In this document: positions 50,717 through 63,553 of the stretch, piece by piece
Layout of the letters: each line of letters starts with the position of its first letter
How positions within the stretch are numbered: position 1 is the first letter of the stretch
From: Octopus vulgaris
Lineage: Eukaryota
Length of the DNA: 64,000 nucleotides
Direction: 5' to 3'
Assembly (NCBI GenBank): GCA_951406725.2
Contig: OX597824.1
Span: forward strand, 74,214,001 to 74,278,000
Program-made: the position numbers and the translations under genes
The notes under the pieces: model-generated
What the model was told of the DNA's origin: nothing
What the model saw: only the letters and a program-made list of their open reading frames with translations
Databases searched by the model: none

Positions 50717-53056
50717 GCGGAGAGCTGTCAGGATCGTTAGCATGCCGGGCAAAATGCTTTGTGGTACTTCATCTGCCACTATGTTCTGAGTTCAAATTCC
50801 GCCACGGTTAACTTTGCCTTTCGTCCTTTCATGGTCAATGAAATAAGTACCAGTTATGCACTGGGGTCGATGTAATCGACTAGCCCCCTTTTCCCCCAAA
50901 AATTTTCAAGGCTTTGTGCTCAGTGTAGAAATAATTATGCTTATGTATTATTATTATTATTAGATTTTCAGTGGATATGGGGTACTGGAAGGGCAGAATT
51001 GGTGAAACATAAGGCAAAGTGTCTTGTACCATTTGTTTTCCTGATCTTTATTCAAATCCTTTTGGGATCGACCTGAAGTTCCATCCGTCCTGGTTCGATG
51101 AAGAAAGTAGAAATAACATACTGGGTCAATTTAATAATTTATTAATTTGTGGCTTTGTGGTTATGTTAGCAAGAAATGAATGTTACGCCAGAATTGGTAG
51201 AACACCAGATAAATCCTCTTTTACATTTTGGTTCAAATCCTGGTGAAGTTGAATTTGAGATTCATTCTTCTGGAGTGGTGGTCAGTTAGAAATAAAGCAG
51301 CTGTCAATAACTGGAGGCATTTTTCTCATCTGTTTTTCCACCCATATTGTGGCCCTGTACCTAAGTTAAAAATTGGCATCACCGTCATTATTATCATCAG
51401 AGTACCAGATAAAATGCAATGTAGTATTTGGTTACTGTTCTTTACGTTTCTGAGTTCAGATCCCACCTAAGTCAACATTGCTTTTCATCCTTATTGGTCT
51501 TGTGCTTACCATTATTCTAAAATGGTTGGGCTGGAGATATTAGTGTGTGTATGAATTACAGCATTTGGATTCATTCTGCCAAATGTTTAGCAGCATTTCT
51601 TCTGGTTCTTTTCTGTCTGAGTTCAAATCCCATTGTGATCAACTTTGCCTTTCATGTTTTTTGGAGTTGATAAAATACAGTACCAGTCATGCACTGGGGT
51701 TGATGTAACTGACTTGCACCCTCCTCTCAAAACTCTGGGTCTTGTGCCAAAATTAGAATGAACTACTATTATTATTATTATTGAGTGAGAGAGCAGTGCG
51801 TGCCATCAAAGTGACACTAGGGTAAAATATACGAAGCCAAGTATACCCATCATGACTGCCCGTCTGATAAGGGTACACTAGGCACATGCATCACAACCAT
51901 ATGTGCGCGACATGGTGATCTCATATCAATTATTATTATTATTATTGAGGCGTTGTGCTGCAGGATCATTAGCATACCAGACAAAATGCTTAATGGCATT
52001 TCATCTGTCTTTACGTTCTAAGTTCAAATTCGGCTGAGGTTGATTTTGCCATCCACCCCCCAGGGTCAATAAAACATATACCTGTTGAGCACTGGGGTCA
52101 ATGTAATTGTCTTACCTCCTACCTCCATATTTCTGGTCTTGTGCCTATAACAGAAATAATTATTATTGGGACTGTTGTTGTTACATTCAAAGATCAAATC
52201 CCATTTAGGTCTACCTTACTTTTTTCCCCTCAGGGTCAATAAAAATATGGGGCTTGATAATATGTATTAACCCTTCACTTCAAAACTGCTGGACTTGTGT
52301 CTAAATTAGAAACATTGTCATTAGTTAGGTGGGGGATGGGGGATGGGCAGACTCATTTCATTGTTGGAAACATTGGTTTGCAGTATTTGTTTTGGCTCTT
52401 TACATTTTGTGTTCAATTCCTGCTGAGGTCAGCCTTGACTTTCATTCTTTTACATGCTTGATAAAATCAACTACTCGTCAAGAATTGGGATGCTAATCCC
52501 AGCTAACCCCTTCTCCCAAATTTCAGGTCATGTGCCTATGTTAGAAACAATTATTTAGGACAGCAGATTGGCAAAATCATTAAAGTATCAAACACCCACA
52601 AACACACACACAAAAAAAAGGACTCAAAAAAACTTGTAGTAATTCTTCTGGTTCCTTGTGTTTTGAGTTCAAATTCCACCTAGTTCAACACCACCTTTCA
52701 TACCCTTCAGGATCAATAAAATATAGTATCCATCTAAAACTGGATTTGATATAAATAACTGACTCCCTCCCTTCAGAACTGCTGGCTTTGTGCCTAAAGT
52801 GGAAACTACTACTATTATTATTATTATTATTATTAAGGCAGCGAGCTGGCTGAATTATTAGCATACCAGGCATAAATGCTTAGCAGCATTTTGTCCAACT
52901 TTACATTCTGGGTTCAAATTCCACTGAGGTTGACTTTGCCTTTCATCCTTTCGGGTTCAATAAAATAAGTACCAGTTGAACACTGGAGTCTATTTAGCCC
53001 CTCCCCTTTATTAACCCCTCCTCCAAACCTGCTGGCCCTGTGCCAAAATTTGAAAC

Positions 53057-53089
<33 letters not shown>

Positions 53090-53330
53090 CATTAGAGACT
53101 GGTTGAGTTGTAGAATGTTTGTGCAAGTGTAAAAAGTAAATTGATACACCTTGTAAAAATCATATTTTATTGAATTTAATTTAATCACACATCTTTCATG
53201 TGCAACAAACACAGACTGAACGACTTCAAAGACAATATATATATCTGTAAATAATTATAGTATTGTTATCATCATTGTCATCATCATTAGAATTTCTGAA
53301 TTCAAACCCTACCAAAGCCGATAAAATAAA
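48029..53330 (+). repeat. Head-to-tail array of about 20 or more diverged SINE family B-related units separated by (ATT)/(ATC)n
   Basis: Recurring GTTCAAAT..C..GAGGTCAACTTTGCCTTTCATCC...GGCCTTGTGCC every 200-270 bp, all on +. Confidence 0.85.
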
Positions 53331-53790
53331 TATTATTCATATAAGGTGCAAGCATAGCTGTGTGGTGAAGAAATTTGTTTTTCAATCATGTGATTTTGGG
53401 TTCAATCTCACTGTACATGCAGCACCATGGGCAAGTGTCTTCAACTATTTGCTGCAGGCCAACAAATCCGGCAGAGGCTTTGTGAGGAAATTTGGCAAAT
53501 AGAAACAGAAAGAAGCCCGTCATATATATATATGTATATATTGTATGTGTATGTGAATGTTCACAAATCTACACTGAGCTACATCAGTGATATTTGTTTA
53601 TATTTATGGTCAATAACTCATCTGCTGGCTCTGTACTTTCCAGTTCTTCTGGAATAAGGATAATGATGATAAATCATCCCTTGAAAACAAAGGTTCATGA
53701 TAGGGAAATCATCCAGCTGTAAAATCCTGCTTCAAGTTTCTCCCGTCTGGGTCTTGCCAATATGGAAAAAAGTAAATAAAAACACATTAA

Positions 53791-54001
53791 CCCTTTCGTT
53801 ACTGTATTTATTTTGAGATGCTCTGTGTTTCTTCCAATTATTTTAAATATAACAAAGAATTTAGTAAAATAACATCGTTATCATTAAGCTAGAGTTAGGA
53901 ACATAAATTGGGACTAAGATTTAGTGGAAGATTTGAATTCAAGACTTATGAAAACAAGACATTTATACTAAAGAGCCAGAGCCGGGTTGGTAACAAAAGG
54001 G
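53791..54001. mobile_element. piggyBac-type MITE family 1
   Basis: TTAA TSD and TIR. Confidence 0.87.
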
Positions 54002-54857
54002 TTAAACTAAACAAAATGAATTTATGATAGTATGTAAAGATTCAATCTATTGTTCAAGTTATATAACCTTGTGCTATTATCAGAAACCACCACCAAATTC
54101 ACCAAGGGGAAGGCCACTTTTCAGTTGAGGTTATTTACTAATCCTAAGGCTGCAGAGGATGTTAGATCTGGGGCGGCAACAGGGAGTTAACCTCTCCCAT
54201 TCATCCATGGTTATTCAGTTTTCATTTTTTGGTATGATGGTCTTTTTCCATGACTTGGTTTAAAAGCAATCAGCTGAAAATGTTAATATAATGTGGCATC
54301 AGCGATAGACATCATCTGTGGCATGGATCATTGGATTTCAAAAGCTTACTCCACCTAGCTCTGAGTTATGTACAGTTGAATTGACTTGCTGCTTTAAACA
54401 GGCCCTTCTATCTTCTGGTCACAGTCATTATCAGAAATAGCCTGGAAGGGGACCAATGTTTTTTTAGCACTTTTGTTACCATGTATTTGAATTAATTTTG
54501 AAAATAAAGAATTTAGTTAAATAATTTTGTCATTATTTCATGCTAATGTCTGGAACGCCAGCATGAAATTTTGACGGGAGGTTTTAGTTAAGATTATTTT
54601 CAAATTGAATTTGTATCATTGAACCACGGGTGGTTTCAGGTGGGTTAGTTTGAAAGCGGTTTATTTGAACATAATGGGAAGACCAGGAAGCTAAATCACA
54701 TAACTAGGATGTTTTTGTTGAAATACACTGCCTTTTGTTTCAATAGATTTTTGAAACTTTATGAATTTAGCAAGACAATTTTTCATCAATAAGTGGATGT
54801 TTGGAACATAAATTAACCCGAAATTTTGATGGAAGATTTTAGTTTAGATCACTTTAA

Positions 54858-55061
54858 CCCTTTCGTTACTGTCTTTATTTTGAGATGCTCTGTGTTTTAT
54901 TCAATTACTTTATATAACAAAGAATTTTGTAAAATAACTTAGTTATCATTCAGCTAGTGTTAATATAAATTGTGACTAAGGTTTGGTGGAAGATTTTTAT
55001 GGAAACAAGACATTTGTACTCGGAGTCAGAGCCGGTTTCAGCCGAGTTGGTAACGAAAGGG
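54858..55061. mobile_element. piggyBac-type MITE family 1
   Basis: TTAA TSD and TIR; nested in older related copies. Confidence 0.87.
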
Positions 55062-56920
55062 TTAAACTCTCAATTGATTCAATTTACCTATCTGTAAATA
55101 CATATCCTGAGATGTGTAAGTAGAGATGTAGGTATGGATTATGACTGAGCAGTACTCTTAGTTTTAGTTCCACCTGTGTAATCATCTCTAACTGCTGGGT
55201 TGGTAACAAAAAGGGTTAAGATGGAATTTTTATGATAGAACTTGGAGTGGTCTCAAAAGGTCTTAGCAAACCCAGCTCCTTTTGAGCGTAAATGTAAAGA
55301 GAAGAGGGACACAGCAAATGCATGAGTGTTTTAGTGATGTGCTGCAGTGCTGAGCTTCAAAGTCTCCAGTTAAACCCCTTCTCAGGGAGAAGTAGGTGTT
55401 GCTCCAAATATAAAAGCATCTATCATCATCATCATCATTAGGGCAGTGAGCTAGCAGAATTGTTAGCGTTGGTAAAAATGCGGCATTTCTCCTGACTCAT
55501 TACGTTTTGAGTTCCAAGTTCTTTTGGGGGGCAGCTTTGAGTTTTATTCTTAGAAAATCAATCAAATGGAGTACCAGTTAAGTACTGGGGGTCAGTGTTA
55601 TCAACTAGCTCCCTTCCCTTAAAATTGTGATGAGCATTGGCAAGCCTACCCAAGCCATCTTCTAGTATCAGCCTTTAGCTGGTTTTTTTTGTTTGTTTTT
55701 TTAATTTTTATAGTAAATTATATCTTAAGGTTATTATATTAATTGTTGACGAAGCTGGATTCTTTACGTATTCATTAACATAACAGCAAGATGAAAATAA
55801 ATAAATACATACCTATCCATTTAGTGTTGAAAAGAATACTTGGTACCATGGTAGAGATTAATAATATTTTAAATTTAGTTGAGTCTCTTGCTACTCTGAG
55901 TTTCGCCTGTGGGTACACAGGGTTGTTGGTGGGTACCTTATGTAGCCCACAAGGAAGACTGACTAAACCAATTTAAAAGTATATATATATATATGTATAT
56001 GCACCACCCTCCCCTTTTTTTTTTCTGTCTTTACATAGGTAACGTTCACTTATTGAAATAACTTGATTTTTCTGAAATTTGCCATTCCTGCTACTAAATT
56101 ACCAGACTCTGAAAATAGGAATAGAACTTGCTTTTATTTTGTTTGTTTTGTGGGCAGGCTGGAGCAAAACTGAGTAATATACTGTGCTCAAATGTGAATA
56201 AGGGAAGTTAGAGCAAACAACAATAACAGCAGTAGTCATTAAATCAAAATTTTTTCTTGTGGAGACAGCAGCAATTGATCTCGTATTCAGGTTTTTAAGC
56301 ATTTCCAAAACGAAATAAGGATTCTGATATAAAATATACATGAAAATCAAAAGTTAGTGCTGACCAATTTTTTCTCTTCGTCACTGATCTTGCTATTTTT
56401 GATTAAAGGAGTTAACAGTTTATGTTCTTCCTTTCTTTCTTTCTTTCTTTCCTTATGAATTTTCTTTGTGTCTGTTTTCAATTGATATTTTATTTTAAAC
56501 CATTTGTTCTGTGTAGAACAAAGCCATTTTGTTACACTTTTACAAATACTCACATAAAGACCTGTGTAATTTAATAATTATTATGTACTACAAATGAATA
56601 TATATATTGTACTTGGAGCGGGGTTTAAGCTAAGCGTTGCTTATCCAGAGTATTTATGAAATGAACTGACATAAAAAAAAAAAAGAAAAAAAAATTGTCC
56701 GAAACAGTGGATGAGACTGGCTTCAGACTAGACCAGAACAGAGGAAACTGGAACTGGTTGGATGAGTGGTTTATCTCCCTTAGAAATTATGATGCCCAGC
56801 TGCATCATTTACCATATATGGTAATAACATGTGGCTACATGTTATTACATGCAAATGTTGAAACAAGGTATCTCTCTCTCTCTCATATATATATATATAT
56901 GTATATATATATAGCAATAA

Positions 56921-57145
56921 GAAAATGGAGGAGATCAATAGGTGGTTCATCAACTTTTAGACATATTATGTTAACTTATTTATTTACTATTACTGGTATC
57001 CTTATATATTACTATATTTTATATCTTGTATGTATGTATATTATTGTAATTATCAGTTTAGTAAATAAATAAATAAGTTAACATAATATAATGTCTAAAA
57101 GTTGATGGACCACCTATTGATCCCCTTCATTTTCTTATTGCTATA
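56921..57145. repeat. Long inverted repeat, arms about 75-85 bp
   Basis: ATAGCAATAAGAAAATG...TTATTTATTTACTA and its reverse complement at 57060-57145. Confidence 0.9.
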
Positions 57146-57562
57146 TAAATTAATGGTAAAATATCTCTTTACCTTCACCCATTTAGTACACTGGGTAATG
57201 TAATTGCAATGCAATAAAAAACACTTGTGTATTAATAATTGGGTATTCTACCAGCAGTATATTGGATAGATATTATCCCTTAGTGGGTTGGATTCACAAC
57301 CTCTAACTTTCTTGGAGTTATATATATATATATATATATATGATATAGTGTATATTTATACACATGAGGAATCCACTTGAGCTTTTCTTTCTAATGTGTT
57401 GAATTCCCTTCAAGCGGATTCCTTATGTGTATAAATATACACTATATCGTATGACTAATATATAGTCTTCTTGACTAATTTTTTTTGCACGTTAGACCAC
57501 TGGAAATGTAAATTTTGATTGAATGTTTTAACTTTAATTAAATTCCATTTCCCTTTGACATG

Positions 57563-57603
<41 letters not shown>

Positions 57604-57604
57604 A

Positions 57605-57833
57605 CCCTTTAGCATTGACTTTTAAACTGGCCATATCCAGCCAAAATATTTGACCTGTTTTATGTTCAAGTTGGCCACATCTGGCCTCTTATGCCTACCT
57701 TATTATTTCAGTCTAAAAATAAACTATCACACCATCGAAATCTCAAAGCTATGAGATAATGGCATGATTAATTCAAAACAAATGTGAATAAATTAAGTAT
57801 TACATTCGACAGAATAATCTGAATGCTAAAAGG
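57605..57833. mobile_element. piggyBac-type MITE family 2
   Basis: CCCTTTAGCATT ... AATGCTAAAAGG|TTAA; related copies near 13940-14168, 30384-31020, 34813-35252, 45045-45520. Confidence 0.75.
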
Positions 57834-59179
57834 TTAAAGTTTAATGCTGAATTACATCGAGGTAGATAAAATGAAATGGTCTTGAAGCTGGAGGTGCATA
57901 CCTTGTTCATTGCAGTGCAGTTTAAGTAGATGACTAACAACAAGAGATGTTGATGGTGACGGCAGTGGTGATGATCGTTGGTGGAGTCTTTGCTCAAGTC
58001 CGGCAAGTTGCAATTTCAATGCAGGGTTTGAAAGATCTCATCAATGCAAAAAATAAATAAATAAATACTTTTTTCTTAAAATGTAAATGTTCTTTCTTGT
58101 TTTTTTCTTTGTTTTTTTTAATAAGTTTTTAAAAAATATTAACTGGCCTCGTGCCGGTGGCACGTAAAAAGCACCATCTGATCGTGGCCATTTGCCAGCT
58201 TCATCTGGCACATAAAAAGCACCCACTACACTCACTGAGTGGTTGGCGTTAGGAAGGGCATCCAGCCGTAGAAACATTGCCAGATCAGACTGGGCCTGGT
58301 GCAGCCTTCTGGCTTCCCAGATCCCAGTTGAACCGTCCAACCCATGCTAGCATGGAAAGCGGACGCTAAACGATGATGATGATGATTAACTGACAGGAGA
58401 CTTAGGGGTAGATTATGATTGGATAATATCCCACAGTCATCAGTCACACGAAGGAATCTAGCCAAAAAGTGTAATGATAGTTAACTTCTGATAGGACACC
58501 CTGGAGAAGGTACCTGGGACCCTTCCAGGAATAGTGGGGTGGAGAAGATGGTTGGATGATGATGAGGATGATAAATGCTCTGATACAATACCAGGCTGTG
58601 ACTTTCATGGTTACTGATCTCAACTGATTGGAAATGTTAACATGTATATCTTGGTTTGTCTTGGTGCAAAAGATGGACTATTATAAATATTCTGCTCAAT
58701 TCCACAGATTTGCTTGTCAGTTACTTAACCTTAATCAGTTGAGCATGTGCCTTAGTGGCTGTTGATATGTACATCTTTGATCATGAACAGGAATATTGGG
58801 AGAGCATCATAGTTACGTGTATGTATTGAAAGGGATTATTTGCGTTTGAATAATTCACCCCTGTAAACATGAGTGTTGTGTTCACCATACTTATTCAGGG
58901 ACCTTTTGAGTGTTGTTGGCTACTTGAACTGAAGAAAATTCTAAATGAGCCTCCACCTGCAAGGTCTTGTGCTGTTTATCTTGATATGAGGTCACCATGT
59001 TGCACACGTGTATCGTGATGCATGTACCTGGTGTACACTAATCAGACAAGTAGTCATGATGGGTGTATTGGGTTTCATATATTTGTACCCCAGCATCAGT
59101 TTGATGGTATCTGCTGCTTTCCCACTCAATAGTAATGATAATTATTGCCACAAGAACAGTAGTTGAGAGAATATTAAAG

Positions 59180-59543
59180 ACTAGCACTATGACCCGGCAA
59201 CGCCGGGTCATAGTGCTAGTGCATGCATATACAGCTACGTGCTTGCACACATACACGCGAGTACTGTCCAAATCTCCGACTAATCACATACAGCTAGCTG
59301 TCATTCAATTGGCGTATCAAGTTTCGGGCATTTTGATTGGGTTTTGGATAGAAAATTCACAAAAAAGTCACTTCTATTGATTTTTAATGGCTTTGCGGGG
59401 GTGACTGGGGAAATGTTAAGATGTTCATGACCACCCTTGGACGGTTTTGAATGACCATAGAAAGTGCGAGCCCTCTAACTGAAAAATTGTGGATTTGTAT
59501 AAAGGACACACACACAGACAGACATTTTGCCATTTATATATAG
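59180..59543. mobile_element. Helentron/Helitron-like non-autonomous element with terminal perfect hairpin
   Basis: 19-bp perfect stem ACTAGCACTATGACCCGGC-aac-GCCGGGTCATAGTGCTAGT; ends ACAGACAGACATTTTGCCATTTATATATAG. Confidence 0.55.
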
Positions 59544-60594
59544 TGAGATTTATTACAGAAAAAGCTCATTTGATGGAGACAGTTGTCCTCTCTCATTTTG
59601 TAAGTGTGTGTGTTTTTCTTTCTTTATTTTGGTCTGCAGAAAGGAGCTGTGTCCATAGCTCTCACCAGTTCTCAGGAATAGTGAATTTTCTGTCAGCATT
59701 TTTTCTTGAAATCAACAACAGAAAGGCAGACATGCTGAAGGAACGAATTCCATGCTGCTGGAATTTTGGGAAGAAGTAACTGCATAGTGGATTATGTAGG
59801 GGTCGTAGTAGGTACTGGAAGATAAGTGAAGGAGAGGTAAGTGAGTTGAGTGTGTCTGAATGGAGGTAACAAAAAACCAAGCAGCATTGTAAAGAAGCCA
59901 TTAGGGTAGTGGCCACATCTAGGGGTTAGGGGCTGGAGTGTATTTGTAATTGATTGGTATGATGGATGAAAGACCAAGTTGACCTCAGCAGGAATAGAAT
60001 CCAAAATGTTAAAAGCCACAAGAAATACTGCAAGATATTTTCCATGCTAGCATGGGTTGGACGGGAAGTTGCCCGGATTCTCCAACTTCCCGTTTTTCCC
60101 GTCCAACCCATGCTAGCATGGAAAATGGACGTTAAATGATGATTCTAACAATTTTGCCAGCTCTAGGCACAAGACCAGTAAAGATGAAAAGCAATGTTGA
60201 CCTAGGTGAAATTTGAACTTGTAATATAAAAAGCCGTAATCAAATATTGCAAAGCACTTTATCTGGTGCTCTGATAAGAATTATGATGATGATGGTGGTG
60301 GTGATTTTTAACTGAGGCACAGGTCCACAATATGGGTGAAGGAACAAACAAGAAAAATGCCTCCAATTCTTGACAGCTGCTTTATTTCTTACTGACCACC
60401 ACACCAGAAGAATGAATCCCAAGTCCAGTTTCAGAAGGATTTCATTCAAATCCACTAAATTAAGTGATCTTTTTTGGATGGGGTCAAAGATGCCTGTGGG
60501 ATGTAACAGCAGTACTTTCCTGTATTATGGCTTTGTCAGATGACAAGGGAAGTGTTCAGGATTTTCACAGCTCTTCTGGGTTAAAATAAATACA

Positions 60595-60862
60595 TACAGT
60601 TCTATATTTAAGAGATGAGGAATTATGTACATTATTTACATTTGATGGATATTTGTCCTCATCTTGTTTGTTGTTAACACAACGTTTCAGCTGATATACC
60701 CTCCAGCCTTCATCAGGTGTCTTGGGGAAATTTTGAATCTGGGTTCTCATTCCTAAGGTATTTTTCGATATTATTATTATTATTATTCAGGTCACTCCTT
60801 GGAATAGAACTCGGAATCTTGGGGTTAGTAGCCCGCACTCTTAACCACTATGCCATATGCCC
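60595..60862 (-). mobile_element. tRNA-headed SINE containing a hammerhead ribozyme
   Basis: Head GGGCATATGGCATAGTGGTTAAG...GAGTTCTATTCC (A and B boxes), (AAT)n linker, hammerhead, 3' tail; flanking direct repeat AAAATAAATACA at 60583-60594 and 60909-60920. Confidence 0.8.
60676..60721 (-). ncRNA. Minimal type I hammerhead ribozyme motif inside a SINE
   Basis: Minus strand gacac-CTGATGA-a-ggctg(gagggtatat)cagct-GAAAC-GT-T-gtgtt; stems I and II pair; stem III is the loopless palindrome AACGTT. Confidence 0.75.
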
Positions 60863-61097
60863 ATGGGCATACAACATGAGGAGAAATATCCATCAAATGT
60901 AAATAATGAAAATAAATACAGTTGATAATATGGTGGGCACAAGCATAATTATGTGGTTAAGAAACTGACTTTGCAACCACATGCTTGGGTTCAGTCCCAT
61001 TGTGTGTCACTTTGAGCTGTCTTCTGCTATAGCCCCAGACCAGCCAATGCCTCATGAGTGAATTTGGTAGATGGTAACTGCATTAAAGCCTGTTGTG

Positions 61098-61129
<32 letters not shown>

Positions 61130-61151
61130 TTTTATTTTATTTTATAGAAGG

Positions 61152-61202
61152 AGCTTCTACAGGACTAGAACTGTTTCATTCAAAAGAAATCATCAGGAAG
61201 CT
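61152..61202 (-). ncRNA. Type I hammerhead ribozyme motif (monomeric), probably from a Penelope-like element
   Basis: Minus strand agcttc-CTGATGA-tttc(tttt)gaat-GAAA-cag(ttctagtc)ctg-TA-gaagct; perfect 6-bp stem I, 4-bp stem III, GUA triplet; U.U at the base of stem II. Confidence 0.75.
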
Positions 61203-61424
61203 AGTAGACAAGAGTTGTTTTGGCATTTATACATTTAGGCAGGTTTAAATGGGTGGTGGTGGTGGACTTTTTTTGGGGTAGGCATGGCGCAAAAGCGTCA
61301 TTATTAGGGGAGTGGTCAAAGGAATCGGTGGTAAAGTAGATAAAAGAATAAATAAAAGAATAAAAAAATAAAAAAATATAAATAGAAAAATAGAGTTTTA
61401 GGTAAGTTGGGAGACTCTCACTTG

Positions 61425-61951
61425 TACATCTACATATATATATATACACATATATACACCCGCATATTCACATATATCTATACATATACATACATACCCA
61501 CATATACATACATATATACATATACATACACATACATATACATACATATATACATATATATACATACACATACCCATGTACGTACACACAGATACACATA
61601 TACATACACATACATACATATATGTATACCCACTCGCACATATATATACAAATGCATATACATGCACACACATACACACACATTTTTATTCTCTTATTTT
61701 AATTTTATTATTACTACTTATGTTTATATCTTTATTTTTATCTTGACCGGTCAGCCGGTCTCAAGGGATGATATAAAGATTCCGTTTATCTATCTACTTA
61801 CTGATACGAACGCAAGCACTCACTCACGCCCACACACTCACACGTACACACACGCACGTGTTATATTCATACACGCATACATCTACATACATTCACGTGT
61901 ATTCACATACACGCATACACATACATACCTCAACACACCCACAGAAGACTA

Positions 61952-61992
<41 letters not shown>
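61425..61992. repeat. Compound (CA)/(TA)n microsatellite
   Basis: Directly visible. Confidence 0.93.
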
Positions 61993-61994
<2 letters not shown>

Positions 61995-63205
61995 CATATG
62001 ACTTAATGGATAGGGGCCAAGAGTCTGTAGTACTGCTACTCAATTCAGAGAGGGTTGTATTTTCCAATTCATCAATAGGAATTTATCCATGTTTACATCT
62101 GCTGAAAATTTCAGATCTGGGATTCAGCAGTGCAGTGGAGTTCTTAAATCTGAAAAATATCTGTGTTCTTTCAGCTATGTATGGCTTACATTTTGTTTAT
62201 CTATTGACATATGGTGTAGACTTTTGAACTATTTTCCACTTGATTGTATGTGGTGTGACGTTAGACTTCAAACACCATATGTGACTAGTTAGCTCAGTGT
62301 CCTTTTGTCCCTGTCCCTGAAGATATATGGTTAGTATAGCGATTTTTGAAGTCACCTTCACTTAGCCCAATGTAGCTCTTTTTGGTTATGTTATCATCTA
62401 GTGTTGCTGTAACCTCTGACTCATATGTGACAGATTTAGTCATGCACCCCTGGTCAAGTAGGCAGGTTCCAGGGTCTCGACAGTTACAACTGGAAGTAGG
62501 TTCTTATATATATAGAATAGGCTCTATCTATCTATATCTATATATATGTGTGTGTGTGTGTGCATGCATAGTTGTGCAGTTAAGCTTACTTTGTAACCAC
62601 GAGGCACCTTGCGTAAGTGTCCTCTACTATTACCTAGGCTAACCAAAGCCTTGTGTGTGGATTTGGTAGACAGAAACTGGAAGAAGCTCATGTATATATT
62701 TATTTATATCTTATTTATTTCACAAGAAATTTGTCTCTTCAAAACTTTTATGAAAATATATTTTCATATCTCTCAAAGTTTCTAAACTTTTGTGGAATAA
62801 ACAACATGTAATCCTTGCTGGTAAGAACAAAGACTTAAAAGATTGATTTGGTATAATGGTAGAACATCTGTTATGCTTACAGAAGAGATGAGTTCATGCC
62901 CCATCAGTAGCATTTGATACTTTCTATCCCAGAACTGTGTTGGAACTGAATCTAAATATACGTGGTTTGGAAATAAGCTTCTCAACCACACCACCATACT
63001 TGTATCTTCAAAAACAGCAATATGACAATAAACAAATGCACCAGCTTGAATACTGTTTTAGCCACAGGTCAGTTGAACTTTATAAAAACAACTACAAATA
63101 CTACTACTACTACTACTACAACCATAATCACTATCAACATAATTATGGCCTCTTATGGCCACCAGTCAAAATATAAAGAGGGTCTATAGTAAAATAAAAA
63201 CAGCT

Positions 63206-63553
63206 AGGCATGGCCATGTGGTAAGAAGCTTGCTTCCCAACCACATGATTCTGGGTTCAGTTCTACTGCATGGCACCTTGGGCAAGTGTCTTCTGCTATA
63301 GCCTGGTGAGTGGATTTGGTAGATGGAAACTGAAAGAAGCCTGTATGTATATATTTATGTGTGTATGTTTTTGTGTCAGTGTTTGTACCCCTACCATTGC
63401 TTGACAATCAATGTTGGTGTATTTACCCCCCTGTAACTTAGCGGTTCTGCAAAAGAGACCGATAGAATAAGTACTAGGCTTACATAGAATAAGTCCTAGG
63501 GTCAATTTCTCTGACTAAAAACCCTTTAAGGTGGTGCTCCAGCATGGCCGCAG
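63206..63553 (+). mobile_element. SINE family A
   Basis: Similar to 340-745. Confidence 0.82.

Noticed and set aside
60788-60862. Possible tRNA gene (also 8460-8543, 16105-16183, 27260-27330)
   Set aside because: Acceptor stems do not close and each runs into a SINE body; these are SINE heads
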